Shown here: positions 12,915 through 24,797 of the stretch, in pieces
Position numbering within the stretch: the first letter of the stretch is position 1
Layout of the letters: every line of letters starts with the position of its first letter
NCBI RefSeq assembly: GCF_963853765.1
Contig: NC_088858.1
Span: 3,038,001-3,102,000, forward strand
DNA: 64,000 nt
From: Magallana gigas
Lineage: Eukaryota
Reading direction: 5' to 3'
Notes under the pieces: generated by a model
Database searches by the model: none
What the model was told of the DNA's origin: nothing
The model's input: the letters and a program-made list of their open reading frames with translations, nothing else
Program-made: the position numbers and the translations under genes

Positions 12915-14055
12915 GGGCCATTTTTGGTGTGAAGCATCTCTATGGTAAGAGGAATCTAAATGTGAAATTCATGGCTTTACCACCCCGGGGGTTATAGGCG
13001 TGATCAAATATGCAAAAAGGGCAAATTTTTTAAAAATCTTCTTCTCCAAGCCCATACATGTGGGAAAAACTAAATGCATGACTATGATGTCCATACAGCC
13101 CTCTACCTAAATTGTGAAATTTATGGACCCTTGGGCAGGGTTTCAGACCCTAGGGCAGAGCCAAAATAACGATATATGTAAATATATAAAATCTAAGAAC
13201 ATCTTCTTTTCTTCTCCCCTACATATTTTAGAAAAAATAAATGCATGGTTATCATATCCATGAAGTTCTCTACCTTAATTGTGAATTCATGGTCCCTGGG
13301 TCAGGAGTTCGGGTCCTAGGGTGGGGCCAATATGGCCACATAGTGAAAAAATGACTTACTAGCAATAATTTATCTGTACTATCACAGTTGTAGGAGATAA
13401 AATCATGCATTGTTATTATGTTCATGATATCCTGATGTTAAATTGCGAAATTCGCTTTCCATGCCACGGGGCAGAAATTGGGGCTTTTTTGGGGTTTTGG
13501 AGTGGGGGGTGTTAATATGACCATATACTGAACATGTATTTTTACTTAGGGTAATTGCTGTTTGTCATCCATAACAATTTTAACTCCATCTTAAAAACAA
13601 CATGGTTAATTGTCACTTGGTAATATTAAATTATTTTATGAAATCTACTTTAATGTCCTGTGCATTGTATACTTGTAGAAAAAAAGCGCATGCATTTTGT
13701 GTGCTTTAAAAATGAAACTGTGAATATTGTTAAAGATTAAATTCAAGTCCTGCAGGTCTCTTAAGCTTTTACCAAAAGTTTACAATTTTTTGCCTAGTGC
13801 CAGGATTCGTTGCTGTTTTGTTTTTTTTTTAGATATTTTAGGTATAGATAATCCAAGATTCCCCCGACTCTTGTAACCCCCCCCCCCATTTTCATGAATT
13901 AACGTTTTTTGAACATCAAATAATAAAAGTGGTCTAGCAGTCAGAGGAGGGTTAAGACTTTAATATGAATCTTAAAATGCAAACATGAGACTTTGACATG
14001 ACAATCTAAGGGTAATGGTACTCAAGTGACCGTCAAGGTCTGAGGGCCTCTTGTT
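12915..14055 (-). mobile_element. Truncated Helentron/HINE-like non-autonomous element with satellite-like interior
   Basis: Minus-strand start AACAAGAGGCCC...CCTTGACGGTCACTTGAGTACC resembles the start of the element at 46449. Interior has degenerate repeats (ccctagggtggggccaatatggcc...). The 3' end is not found. Confidence 0.55.
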
Positions 14056-14131
14056 TTATTTGTCACGATTTAGTTATAGCACTGTTGCAGAAATATGATT
14101 GTACAAGTTTCTGCCAATACCAAGCATCAGA

Positions 14132-16661
14132 TTACGCCGATGATTGGTCAACATGTTGTGTTTCTGTTGCTGTTGTTGTCTGTACTTTATCTTTGTCCGA
14201 AGAGAAAGGGGTTTTAACTCTAGAAAGGATCACATCATTTGGACGAGATGTTTGGACGTTTTCATTGGTGCCTAGCGCCAGGATTCGTCGCCGTTTCTTC
14301 TGGATATTTATAAACACGATAAGGTTCAGACACCCACCAATGTTGGTAAACACAACAACAAATATGTAGACAATAGACGGCACGTCATTCGTGATGAATT
14401 GCCAAGTTCCATACACGGAGACGGCCCACCATTGGACCGTGAACACGGCGACAAACATCGTCATGGTTTTTGCTGCCTTGACGTATGCTGTTCCAGATTG
14501 CGCCTGCTCACCAATATCACTTCGGATTTGATGAGCAACCCTTCTGATGTGAAACCACGTGAGCAAGTAGAGAGTAGTGTTGACCAATACAATGAGGATA
14601 CATGGTATGGTCGTCATAAGGAGCGTACCCAACCCCGGCTTCACCATACAGCTGAAAGACAAAACAGGTTTGTTGAAATTAAATCAAACCCACTCAGTTC
14701 AAGGAAAAATTACCTTTCAGATTAATTTTTAATTTTTATAATTCATTTTTTTTAAGTATAAGCTATTATTTAGTAATGAAAAAACTCACATATTTAAAAC
14801 TTAATATTTGTCTATATATTAACAGAACTTTCCTTCTTGTGAAGATAAATACATGTATAGTATTACAATGACGGGAAAATCAGATAATATAATTTTAATT
14901 TTCTCGTAAAATCGTCACACACAAAATTTACCTGTATTTTGTTTATTGTATTCAATTTAATAAACGACATCAAATTAATTTCTAAAAGGTATAAATACAC
15001 GGTATTACAGAAATCCGCAAAAACATACGCTAAGAAAAACTAAGGTCGGGAATAAACCTTGTAGCTAAAACATCAAATTTACATGATTTTTTTTTGAAAA
15101 AAAAAAAAATAACATGAATCCTATTGACTTGCTCGTGTTTTAGTTCTTTTTACGATAAATGATTGATAAAACTGAATCATTAACCACTTTCATCCTGTTG
15201 CTAAGCAGTTTTCCTGGATTTGTGGAAAACAATATCACGTAGAAAAAAGGATGTTTTTTAAACCGGAAGTATGACAGTTAGTGGCGCGTTAATGAGGCTG
15301 GAAAATCAATAAATAATGCCACATTATTTAGACATGTAATGGACCTAAAAGTGCGCACGAGAAAAAAAAAACATTTTTTTTTTCTTTTTTTCTTCATCTT
15401 ACTTAACCCGTGTCCAATAATATGAATTTAAAATATCTATTTTTCATTGGGGGTGTAATAAATACTAGTACTCAGTATTCGAAATGAAAATTTTAAAAGG
15501 TGTTGCTTAATTTGTTTCTGCCATCCTGTTAAGTTGATATTTTTACAATCTATTCACCACGGCTTAAAAAAGGGCTATACTTCTTTAATCATTGTAATAA
15601 TATTTCATATCCTATTTCGCATTAATTGGTGATGAGTGTTTTTAATTACCAGTAGTTAATCCCTTCGTAACATCCTTTAATCATGATTTCATTATTTCAA
15701 AGACCGATCATGTCTACAAGTTTAACGTGAAAAAAAAAACAAGTTTTAAAAAAACGGTACAAATACTTACAAGACACAGCCAGAGAAAACTGACTGTTAT
15801 AGAGATACAACCACGGTACAAATACTAACAAGACACAACCAGACCAAACTGTTGTAGAGATACAGCCACGGTACAAATATTTACTAGGTACCAGGCAGAC
15901 CAAACTGTTGTATGAATAGAGCCAAGGTACAAATACTAACAAGGCACCAGCCAGACCAAACTGTTATAGAGATAAAGCCAAGGTACAAATACCTACAAGG
16001 CACGACCGGACCAGGCTGTTGTAGAGATACAGCCACGGTACAAATACTAACAAGGCACAGCCAGACAAAACTGACTGCTGTAGAGATACAGCCATGGTAC
16101 AAATACTTACAAAGTACAGACCGGACCAAACTGACTGTTATAGAGATACAACTACGGTACAAATACTTACAAGGCACCGGCCGGACCAAAATATTGCAGA
16201 GATACAGAAATGGTACACACAATTATAGGGAACGCCATCACATATACACACAGCCGCCAGTCCCTGATTCCGAAATCCATCTGACGTCGGAAGCGAATCA
16301 ACAGAAACGCATTTAAAGCTATCACAATTAAAATAAAGTTCTTAATGCTTAGCAGAAAGACCATTAGAAAGGCGTAGAACTGGCACAGTTCTAATGGGTG
16401 GACATGGTCCTTCTCAATCACCATGGTCACGTGGTCAAACATATGGACAAAGCTGAAACTCATTTCGCAAATGGCCAAGTAGACCACGAACCGCTCACTT
16501 CGGGACCAAGTGTAGAATCTCTTTTTGTGAGTTTTGAATGACAACACAGTCACGACGATGGACGCGATGAAGCTGCATGATATGCAGACGATAGCGGTGA
16601 TGTGAAGAGGAAAGAACGTCCCATCATCCCAGCCCAACAGTGTCACATTGTACATGGACAT
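14132..16661 (-). CDS. Orphan 7TM GPCR (GPR157/cAMP-receptor-like family), paralog 1, 336 aa, 2 exons
   Basis: Exon 1 16661-16171 (ATG TCC ATG TAC...; donor TT|GTAAGT) and exon 2 14651-14132 (tttcag|C TGT) join in frame as FGPAGAFCMVKPG. Seven hydrophobic helices; motifs ERFVVYLAIC, HVHPLELCQFYAF, FGIRDWRL, QWW and TNIGGCLN. Confidence 0.88.
15755..16218 (-). repeat. ~55-bp tandem array derived from the GPCR exon-1 end plus 5' splice site (8 units including the exonic one)
   Basis: Each unit ends in GTAAGT, GTTAGT, GTAGGT or GTAAAT on the minus strand and repeats the exon's last ~45 nt. Confidence 0.9.
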
Positions 16662-17050
16662 CACAGAACTACGGGTTAACCTCTCGTGCACACAAGAGGG
16701 AATTCTTCGGTCCAATAAGTTTTGAGTCTGCTTTCTTGCACAATTTTTCGCATAATTTGTTCAATAAAAACAGGGTCGTCTGAACTTCATCGCGTGGGTA
16801 CGAGAGACGGCTGCTGCGATTATCGCTGTCACGTGCCTTGTTGCTCTTTGGGGACTTTTAGCAACCATTAATTCAAGCCCAATATATGCTAAATCCCTTG
16901 TCATTAACATTTGATTCTGGACCCAACATGTGATGTATGCGACATCTTATCTCTGGTTAATCTCATTTGTTAATGAATCATGAAATGAAATTTCAACATC
17001 ACAGTTGCTCATATCCTGTTAATTGCGACTGGCTCTGCTCCAACCCTTAA

Positions 17051-17387
17051 AGCAATATGAACTGCAATTTTCATGAAGAATTTTTTTTAATGAAAACGTT
17101 ATTTTATACTAAAAAGACAAAAATATCAAGGTTTTTATATTTCTTTTCGCCAAATTTTTGTGAAAAGGGTCGTTCGGGGACCTTAATTGGAGTGAAATTG
17201 AATTATTGTCGTCCTGTGCAAAAATTCATTTGCTACATGTTCCTTAGAAGAGATATCTTTCCTCTGACAAAAGTTAATGATTTTTTCCAACCTTATTTAT
17301 CATAAAAGTTTAAGTTTCACGCAGACTTATCGTACTAGCAGGTTTTTGCAGCAAAATAAAATTCTAAAAAATACAGCTCATATTGCT
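17051..17387. mobile_element. TTAA-TSD MITE with 5'-AG termini (Kolobok-type)
   Basis: TTAA|AGCAATATGAACTG ... CAGCTCATATTGCT|TTAA. The paralogous site near 31750 is empty. Confidence 0.85.
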
Positions 17388-17478
17388 TTAATTAAACAAG
17401 AACTTTGGATTCCTATGGAAGGTGCTATAATCATTGCGGAAAGTCCACTAATTTGTCGATTCCAGTCAACATATACAT

Positions 17479-18582
17479 TTGTTATACTTTCATGTTAAAT
17501 ACTGAAATCTGATTGGTTAAGACGCAGTTCATAATCCGTTCTATTACCTTCAGCGTTAGCAACACACTTAGCAACGGGTAACATTATATAAATAGTGCCT
17601 GTTTGGGAGGGTAACAGTTGAAATTGACACCCCTCGAAAACCATTGTCAACCTCCGCTTCGTGTCGGTTGACAATGGTTTTCGAGGGGTGTCAATTTCAA
17701 CTGTTATCCTCCCAAACAGGCACTATTTATTTTGTTATACTGAATGTCTTAATTTTTAAGAAAATGTTACTGCTTTTATGTAGGAATAACGTGAATTCTA
17801 CAGCGAACCGTACGCGCATAATTTTCGCGCATGTAACATTATATAAATAGTGCCTGTTTGGGAGGGTAACAGTTGAAATTGACACCCCGAGAAAACCATT
17901 GTCAACCGACGCGAAGCGGAGGTTGACAATGGTTTTCGAGGGGTGTCAATTTCAACTGTTATCCTCCCAAACAGGCACTATTTATTTTGTTATACTGAAT
18001 GTCTTTTTTAAAATTTTTAAGAAAATTTTACTGCTTTTATATAGGAATAACGTGAATTCTACAGCGAACCGTACGCGCATAATTTTCGCGCATGTAACAT
18101 TTTTTAATGTTACCCGTTGCCAAGTGCGTTGCTAACGCTGAGGGTAATAGTAAATATTATTAACTGCGTCTTAACCAATCAGATTTCAGTATTTAACATG
18201 AAAGTATAACAATTTTTAATGTTACCCGTTGCTAAGTGCGTAACTAACGCTGAGGGTAATAGAAAATATTATTAACTGCGTCTTAACCAATCAGATTTCA
18301 GTATTTAACATGAAAGTATAATAAAAATTGTTACATGCGCGAAAATTATGCGCGTACGGTTCGCTGTAAAATTCACGTTATTCCTATATAAAAGCAGTAA
18401 AATTTTCTTTAAAATTAAAACATTCAGTATAACAAAATAAATAGTGCCTGTTTGGGAGGATAACAGTTGAAATTGACACCCCGAGAAAACCATTGTCAAC
18501 CTTCGCTTCGCGTCGGTTGACAATGGTTTTCGAAGGGTGTCAATTTCAACTGTTACCCTCCCAAACAGGCACTATTTATATA
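17479..18582. mobile_element. Composite palindromic element (Crypton-like non-autonomous modules), order A-P-B-P-B-A'-A'-B'-P
   Basis: Three ~145-bp palindromes (AATAGTGCCTGTTTGGGAGG...CCTCCCAAACAGGCACTATT) and repeated or inverted ~105-bp modules. Absent from the paralogous site near 31845. No TSD. The Crypton assignment is inference. Confidence 0.75.
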
Positions 18583-19529
18583 CTGTAGGTGTTGACTATG
18601 AATATTGATGCTTTATAAGGAATAAAAACATGCGGGAATCAGTGTTTGATTTACTCGCTAATTGAGGCTTGAAAAAGAATGTCCATGTCATGATTTCAAT
18701 GTGACCTTCATTAAAGACACATACTACAAACAGTAGCCGTTACTCACATACTAGGGCGGGTTTTACGTCAGTAAATAATTTCGTCAACGATATTAGTATT
18801 GGTATTATGTTTCTTAGCCCCTGAATACAGTTTAATTGTAATTTTAAGCATGCGCACACACATGTCTGTTGGTGGTTTTTATAGAACTAAATTAGTCGTG
18901 CCTACGTCAGTAAATTTCTTATTTTCTCCACGCTGTTAATTTTTTAAGAATAATTAATATAATAAAGGAGGGTAGGGCAATTTTTTGTGAATATTTTTAA
19001 AGTTGTTTTCGAGAATGTATTTAATACGAATAAAAATAACATCAATGAGAACAATGCAGTGGTTGTTCAAATCTTTAGATTATGTAATATTTATATGTTT
19101 TACATACTAGTACATCTACTGAACCAGCACAAAATGGAAACTATTTCACCAAGGCATGAAATTAACAGAAATTGGCTAGATATTCGTTTTCATACTCTAA
19201 CTATGCCAATTTTAAAAGGCACGTCTATATATTTAATTAGATCATGAATCCTTTATTTTAAACATCTGCCTGGTTTTTTTAAATAGTTGTACTTAATTAT
19301 ATTAAGAGTGTAAGGGCATTTTTATTACTATTCAGTATACCAACTGCTTGGGTGAATTTTTCATCGAGTTTTTAAAGTATATTATACATATATATAAAGT
19401 ATATTTACATACGAGTACATCTACTATTAAAGTATATTATAATTAAAATACTTTCATCGGTTTAGAATTTTCTTTCACAGTATTCAACCAAAAAATACGT
19501 TTTAGAAAATTTTGGAAAGTTAAAATTTT

Positions 19530-19547
19530 TATTGTCCTCTCCCATTC

Positions 19548-19611
<64 letters not shown>

Positions 19612-20031
19612 TTAGGTCCAATATTCAATAAAGAGGGTCACCCCTGCATGCAGACAGTTTTTGCACCACTTTGCACCATTTCTCATGTATTCCTTTTCTG
19701 AGATATCAATCTGATCATGTCATTCATTGCTAGCTCCCCCAATACAAGATGGACCACAATCACGTGTTGGAACACTCCCTGCATCAGCTCCTCCGCGAGA
19801 ACCATTTCAAGAACATCAACTTCCCCGCCCCTCACCCCGTCACGGCGCTGGTGGGTCTGACCAAAAAACGGAGACTGGCCGGCCCCAACGCTCTAAGTCG
19901 TAAACAGCTGATGCACATGTCCGACAGGTCAGTGGCTTGCTGATAACATGTACTCACATATATTATATGAATCATGACTTCAATTTTATATTTCATCAGT
20001 TTACACCCATATAATGTGTTGATCTTCAGCA
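19530..20031 (+). pseudogene. MED17: Orphan duplicated MED17 fragment (part of exon 8, intron 8, exon 9, start of intron 9)
   Basis: Near-identical to 5821-6274. The exon-9 copy (19734-19927) has 4 substitutions in 194 nt. No other MED17 exons are nearby. Confidence 0.92.
19551..19608. repeat. (AG)n microsatellite, about 29 units
   Basis: Directly visible. It occupies the position of the short GAGAGAGAG run in MED17 exon 8. Confidence 0.95.
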
Positions 20032-20519
20032 TGTGTCGTTAACGATGTATAGCCAAATTACACAGATACACAGATAATTCCAGGTGGTATTTAATCACCT
20101 CATAATAGTCAAAAAATGATTCCTTATTCAATAGTTATGACAATGATCAACATTAAAAATTAAAAAAACCAAAATCAAACCAACAATGAATTAGATTTTG
20201 ATTACGATCAAATACGGTTGGGCATGATCAAATCTGGGCTTCATTGGAATTGATAATTCCGGGCGGTATTTAATCACCTCATGATAGGCAAAAAATGATT
20301 CCTTATTCCTTAATTATGACAATGAGTAACATTAAAAAGTAAAAAAACAAAATCAAATCAAACCAACAACATATTCATTCAACACAAAACACTCAACAAA
20401 ACAAAAAATTATGTACATGTAAATGATAAGGATTTCATGTCGTTGGTTACATTTTACTTGATGAGGTGATGTGCTCTATAGAACACAGATCTGAACATGT
20501 ACACTGTTTGACAATAAGA

Positions 20520-23453
20520 TGTACCTGTACACAATCAGACAATGAGTTGTACCTGTACACAATCAGACAATGAGTTGTATCTGTACACTATCAGAGAATG
20601 AGTTGTACACTATCAGACAATGAGTTGTACTTGTACACAATCAGACAATGAGTTGTACCTGTACACCATCAGACAATGAGTTGTATCTGTACACTATCAG
20701 ACAATGAGTTGTATCTGTACACTATCAGACAATGAGTTGTATCTGTACACTATCAGACAATGAGTTGTACTTGTACACAATCAGACAATGAGTTGTACCT
20801 GTACACAATCAGACAATGAGTTGTATCTGTACACTATCAGACAATGAGTTGTATCTGTACACTATCAGAAAATGAGTTGTACTTGTACACTATCAGACAA
20901 TGAGTTGTACCTGTACACAATCAAACACTGAGTTGTACCTGTACACAATCAGACAATGAGTTGTACCTGTACACTATCAGACAGTGAGTTGTACATGTAC
21001 ACTATCAGACAATGAGTTGTATCTGTACACGATCAGACAATAATGTGCACTATCAGACAATGAGTTGTACTTGTACACTATCAAACGATGAGTTGTACCT
21101 GTACACTATCAGACAATGAGTTGTGCATGTACACTATCAAAACTGAGTTGAGCATGTACACTATTTACTTGTACACTATCAAAAATGAGTTGTGCATGAA
21201 CACTAATTACCTGTACACAATCAGACAATGAGTTGTACTTGTACACTATCAGACAATGTGTTGTATCTGTACACAATCAGACAATGAGTTGTACCTATAC
21301 ACTACTTACTTGTACACTATCAGACAATGAGTTGTACTTGTACACAATCAGACAATGAGTTGTACTTGTACACAATCAGACAATGAGTTGTACTTGTACA
21401 CTATCAGATAATGAGTTGTATCTGTACACGATCAGACAATAATGTGCACTATCAGACAATGAGTTGTACTTGTACACTATCAAACGATGAGTTGTACCTG
21501 TACACTATCAGACAATGAGTTGTGCATGTACACTATCAAAACTGAGTTGAGCATGTACACTATTTACTTGTACACTATCAAAAATGAGTTGTGCATGTAC
21601 ACTAATTACCTGTACACAATCAGACAATGAGTTGTACTTGTACACTATCAGACAATGTGTTGTATCTGTACACAATCAGACAATGAGTTGTACCTATACA
21701 CTATCAGACAATGAGTTATACCTGTACACTATCAAACGATGAGTTGTACTTGTACACTATCTAACGATGAGTTGTACCCGTACACTATCAGACAATGAGT
21801 TGTACTTGTACACTATCAAACACTGAGTTGTACCTGTACACTATCAAAAAGAGTTGAGCATGTACACTATTTACTTGTACACTATCAAAAATGAGTTGGG
21901 CATGTACACTATTTACCTGTACACCATCAGACAATGAGTTGTTCTTGTACACCATCAGACAATGAGTTGTACCTGTACACTATCAGACAATGAGTTGTAC
22001 ATGTGCACTATTTATCTGTACACAATCAGACAATGAGTTGTAGCTGTACACTATCAGACAATGAGTTGTAGCTGTACACTATCAGACAATGAGTTGTACA
22101 TGTACACCATCAGACAATGAGTTGTAGCTGTACACTATCAAACGATGAGTTGTATCTGTACACTATCAGACAATGAGTTGTACCTGTACACAATCAGACA
22201 ATGAGTTGTATCTGTACACCATCAGACAATGAGTTGTAGCTGTACACTATCAGACAATGAGTTGTATCTGTACACTATCAGACAATGAGTTGTAGCTGTA
22301 CACTATCAGACAATGAGTTGTTCTTGTACACTATCAGACAATGAGTTGTACCTATACACCATCAGACAATGAGTTGTACCTGTACACAATCAGACAATGA
22401 GTTGTATCTGTACACTATCAGACAATGAGTTGTACCTGTACACAATCAGACAATGATTTGTACCTGTACACCATCAGACAATGAGTTGTTCTTGTACACA
22501 ATCAGACAATGAGTTGTACCTATACACTATCAGACAATGAGTTGTACATGTGCACTATTTATCTGTACACAATCAGACAATGAGTTGTTCTTGTACACCA
22601 TCAGACAATGAGTTGTACCTGTACACTATCAGACAATGAGTTGTACATGTGCACTATTTATCTGTACACAATCAGACAATGAGTTGTAGCTGTACACTAT
22701 CAGACAATGAGTTGTAGCTGTACACTATCAGACAATGAGTTGTACATGTACACCATCAGACAATGAGTTGTAGCTGTACACTATCAAACGATGAGTTGTA
22801 TCTGTACACTATCAGACAATGAGTTGTACCTGTACACAATCAGACAATGAGTTGTATCTGTACACCATCAGACAATGAGTTGTAGCTGTACACTATCAGA
22901 CAATGAGTTGTATCTGTACACTATCAGACAATGAGTTGTAGCTGTACACTATCAGACAATGAGTTGTAGCTGTACACCATCAGACAATGAGTTGTACCTA
23001 TACACCATCAGACAATGAGTTGTACCTGTACACAATCAGACAATGAGTTGTACCTGTACACCATCAGACAATGAGTTGTTCTTGTACACAATCAGACAAT
23101 GAGTTGTACCTGTACACCATCAGACAATGAGTTGTTCTTGTACACTATCAGACAATGAGTTGTAGCTGTACACCATCAGACAATGAGTTGTACCTATACA
23201 CCATCAGACAATGAGTTGTACCTGTACACAATCAGACAATGAGTTGTATCTGTACACCATCAGACAATGAGTTGTACCTATACACCATCAGACAATGAGT
23301 TGTAGCTGTACACTATCAGACAATGAGTTGTAGCTGTACACCATCAGACAATGAGTTGTACCTATACACCATCAGACAATGAGTTGTACCTGTACACTAT
23401 CAGACAATGAGTTGTAGCTGTACACTATCAGACAGTGAGTTGTACCTGTACAC
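20520..23453. repeat. 28-bp minisatellite, expanded copy (about 2.9 kb)
   Basis: Same unit as 11270-12903. Contains an internal ~399-bp block duplication (marker GATCAGACAATAATGTGCAC at 21031 and 21430). Confidence 0.95.
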
Positions 23454-23596
23454 TTCTAGTATCTGATTATTAATTGTACATGACTTTGTCTAACGAAGAT
23501 TTTATTGTGCCACTGTTAGACACTTAATTAATATTGTATATAAAGCAATAAAGTTTACCCTAAAGCTGCTGATCGAGATACAGTATAAGCTACTAC

Positions 23597-24721
23597 TCAG
23601 GAGTTCGGGTCCTAAGGCGAGGCCAATATGGCCACATAGTGAAAAAATTACTTACTAGTAATATTTTATGTGTTCTATCACGTTTGTAGGAGATAAAATC
23701 ATGCATTGTTATTATGTTCATGATATCCTGATGTTAAATTGCGAAATTCTCTGTCCCTGCCATTGGGCAAAAATTGAGGCTTTTTATCAGGTTTTGAGGT
23801 GGGGGTGTTAATATAACCATATAATGAACATGTATTTCTACTTAGGGTAATTGCTGTTTGTCATCCTTAAATTTTTTAACTCCATCTTAAAAACGACATG
23901 GTTAACTGTAGGTCTCTTAAGCTTTTACCAAAAGCTTACAATTTTTTGCCTAGTGCCAGGATTCGTCGCTGTTTTTTCTTGATATTTTTAGGCATAGATA
24001 ATCCAAGATTCCTCTTACTTTTGTAACCCCCCCCCCCCCCACCCCCGTTTTCATGAATTAACGTTTTTCAAACATTAAATAATAAAAGTGGGGTAACAGT
24101 CAGAGGAGGGTTAAAGGGACTTGGACATGACTTATGATCAAAGATTTTATTTTAATTTTTTATGTATAAAATGGTTTACCAGTGCATTTTAAATGATTGA
24201 CCAAAATATTGAATGTTTAAGTCAAGTTACAAGCGAGATACAGAGGTCAGAATTGGTTGTTAAGTAAACAAAGCTCGAGTCTTATAGTTGTTTACAAAAA
24301 AATGTAATGTAGACAATTACCATTTCTTTGACAAAATGACATGTAAAAACAATTTAAACTAATTCAGTATCTTCATTAATACTATTATCAACAAAAGAAA
24401 GATACATTTGATTGAATCTTGCACCGATACAACACATATGTAAAAATGACAATATTCGAGCTTTGTTTACAAAACAAAGAATTATGAACTCCGTATCTTG
24501 CTTATAACTTGATATTTGACTTTCAAATTTTGACATAGCATTATAAACTTCTATATTTATAAATATTAACATTGAAAATGGAAAAAAAAAATTGAAAATT
24601 TTAAGTCAAATCGTGTCCAAGTCCCTTTAAGACTTCAATATGAATCTTAAAATGCAAAAATTGGACTTTGATCTGTCAATATAAGGGTAATGGTACTGTC
24701 AACGTGTGTTAGCCTCTTGTT
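23597..24721 (-). mobile_element. Paralogous, partly deleted copy of the Helentron-like element at 12915-14055
   Basis: Collinear sequence with internal deletions and a nested TTAA MITE. Confidence 0.5.
24115..24626. mobile_element. TTAA-TSD MITE (Kolobok-type), 512 bp
   Basis: TTAA|AGGGACTTGGACA ... TGTCCAAGTCCCT|TTAA. The paralogous site GAGGAGGGTTAAGACT near 13945 is empty. Confidence 0.88.
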
Positions 24722-24797
24722 TTATTTGTCACGACTAAGTTATATCACTGCTGCAGATATATGATTGTACAAGTTTCTGCCAATACCAAGCATCAGA

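Larger units (their letters stand above)
10927..19318. repeat. Tandem segmental duplication, unit 1 (28-bp minisatellite + GPCR + upstream region)
   Basis: Collinear with 20183-32747, from ACAATGAAT.AG.TTTTGATTAC to GAGTGTAAGGGCA. Confidence 0.9.

Noticed and set aside
16662-16715. N-terminal extension MDRRIPS... of GPCR paralog 1 in the ORF track
   Set aside because: It starts at TTG, and paralog 2 has an insertion in this region. The shared ATG at 16661/31307 is the credible start.
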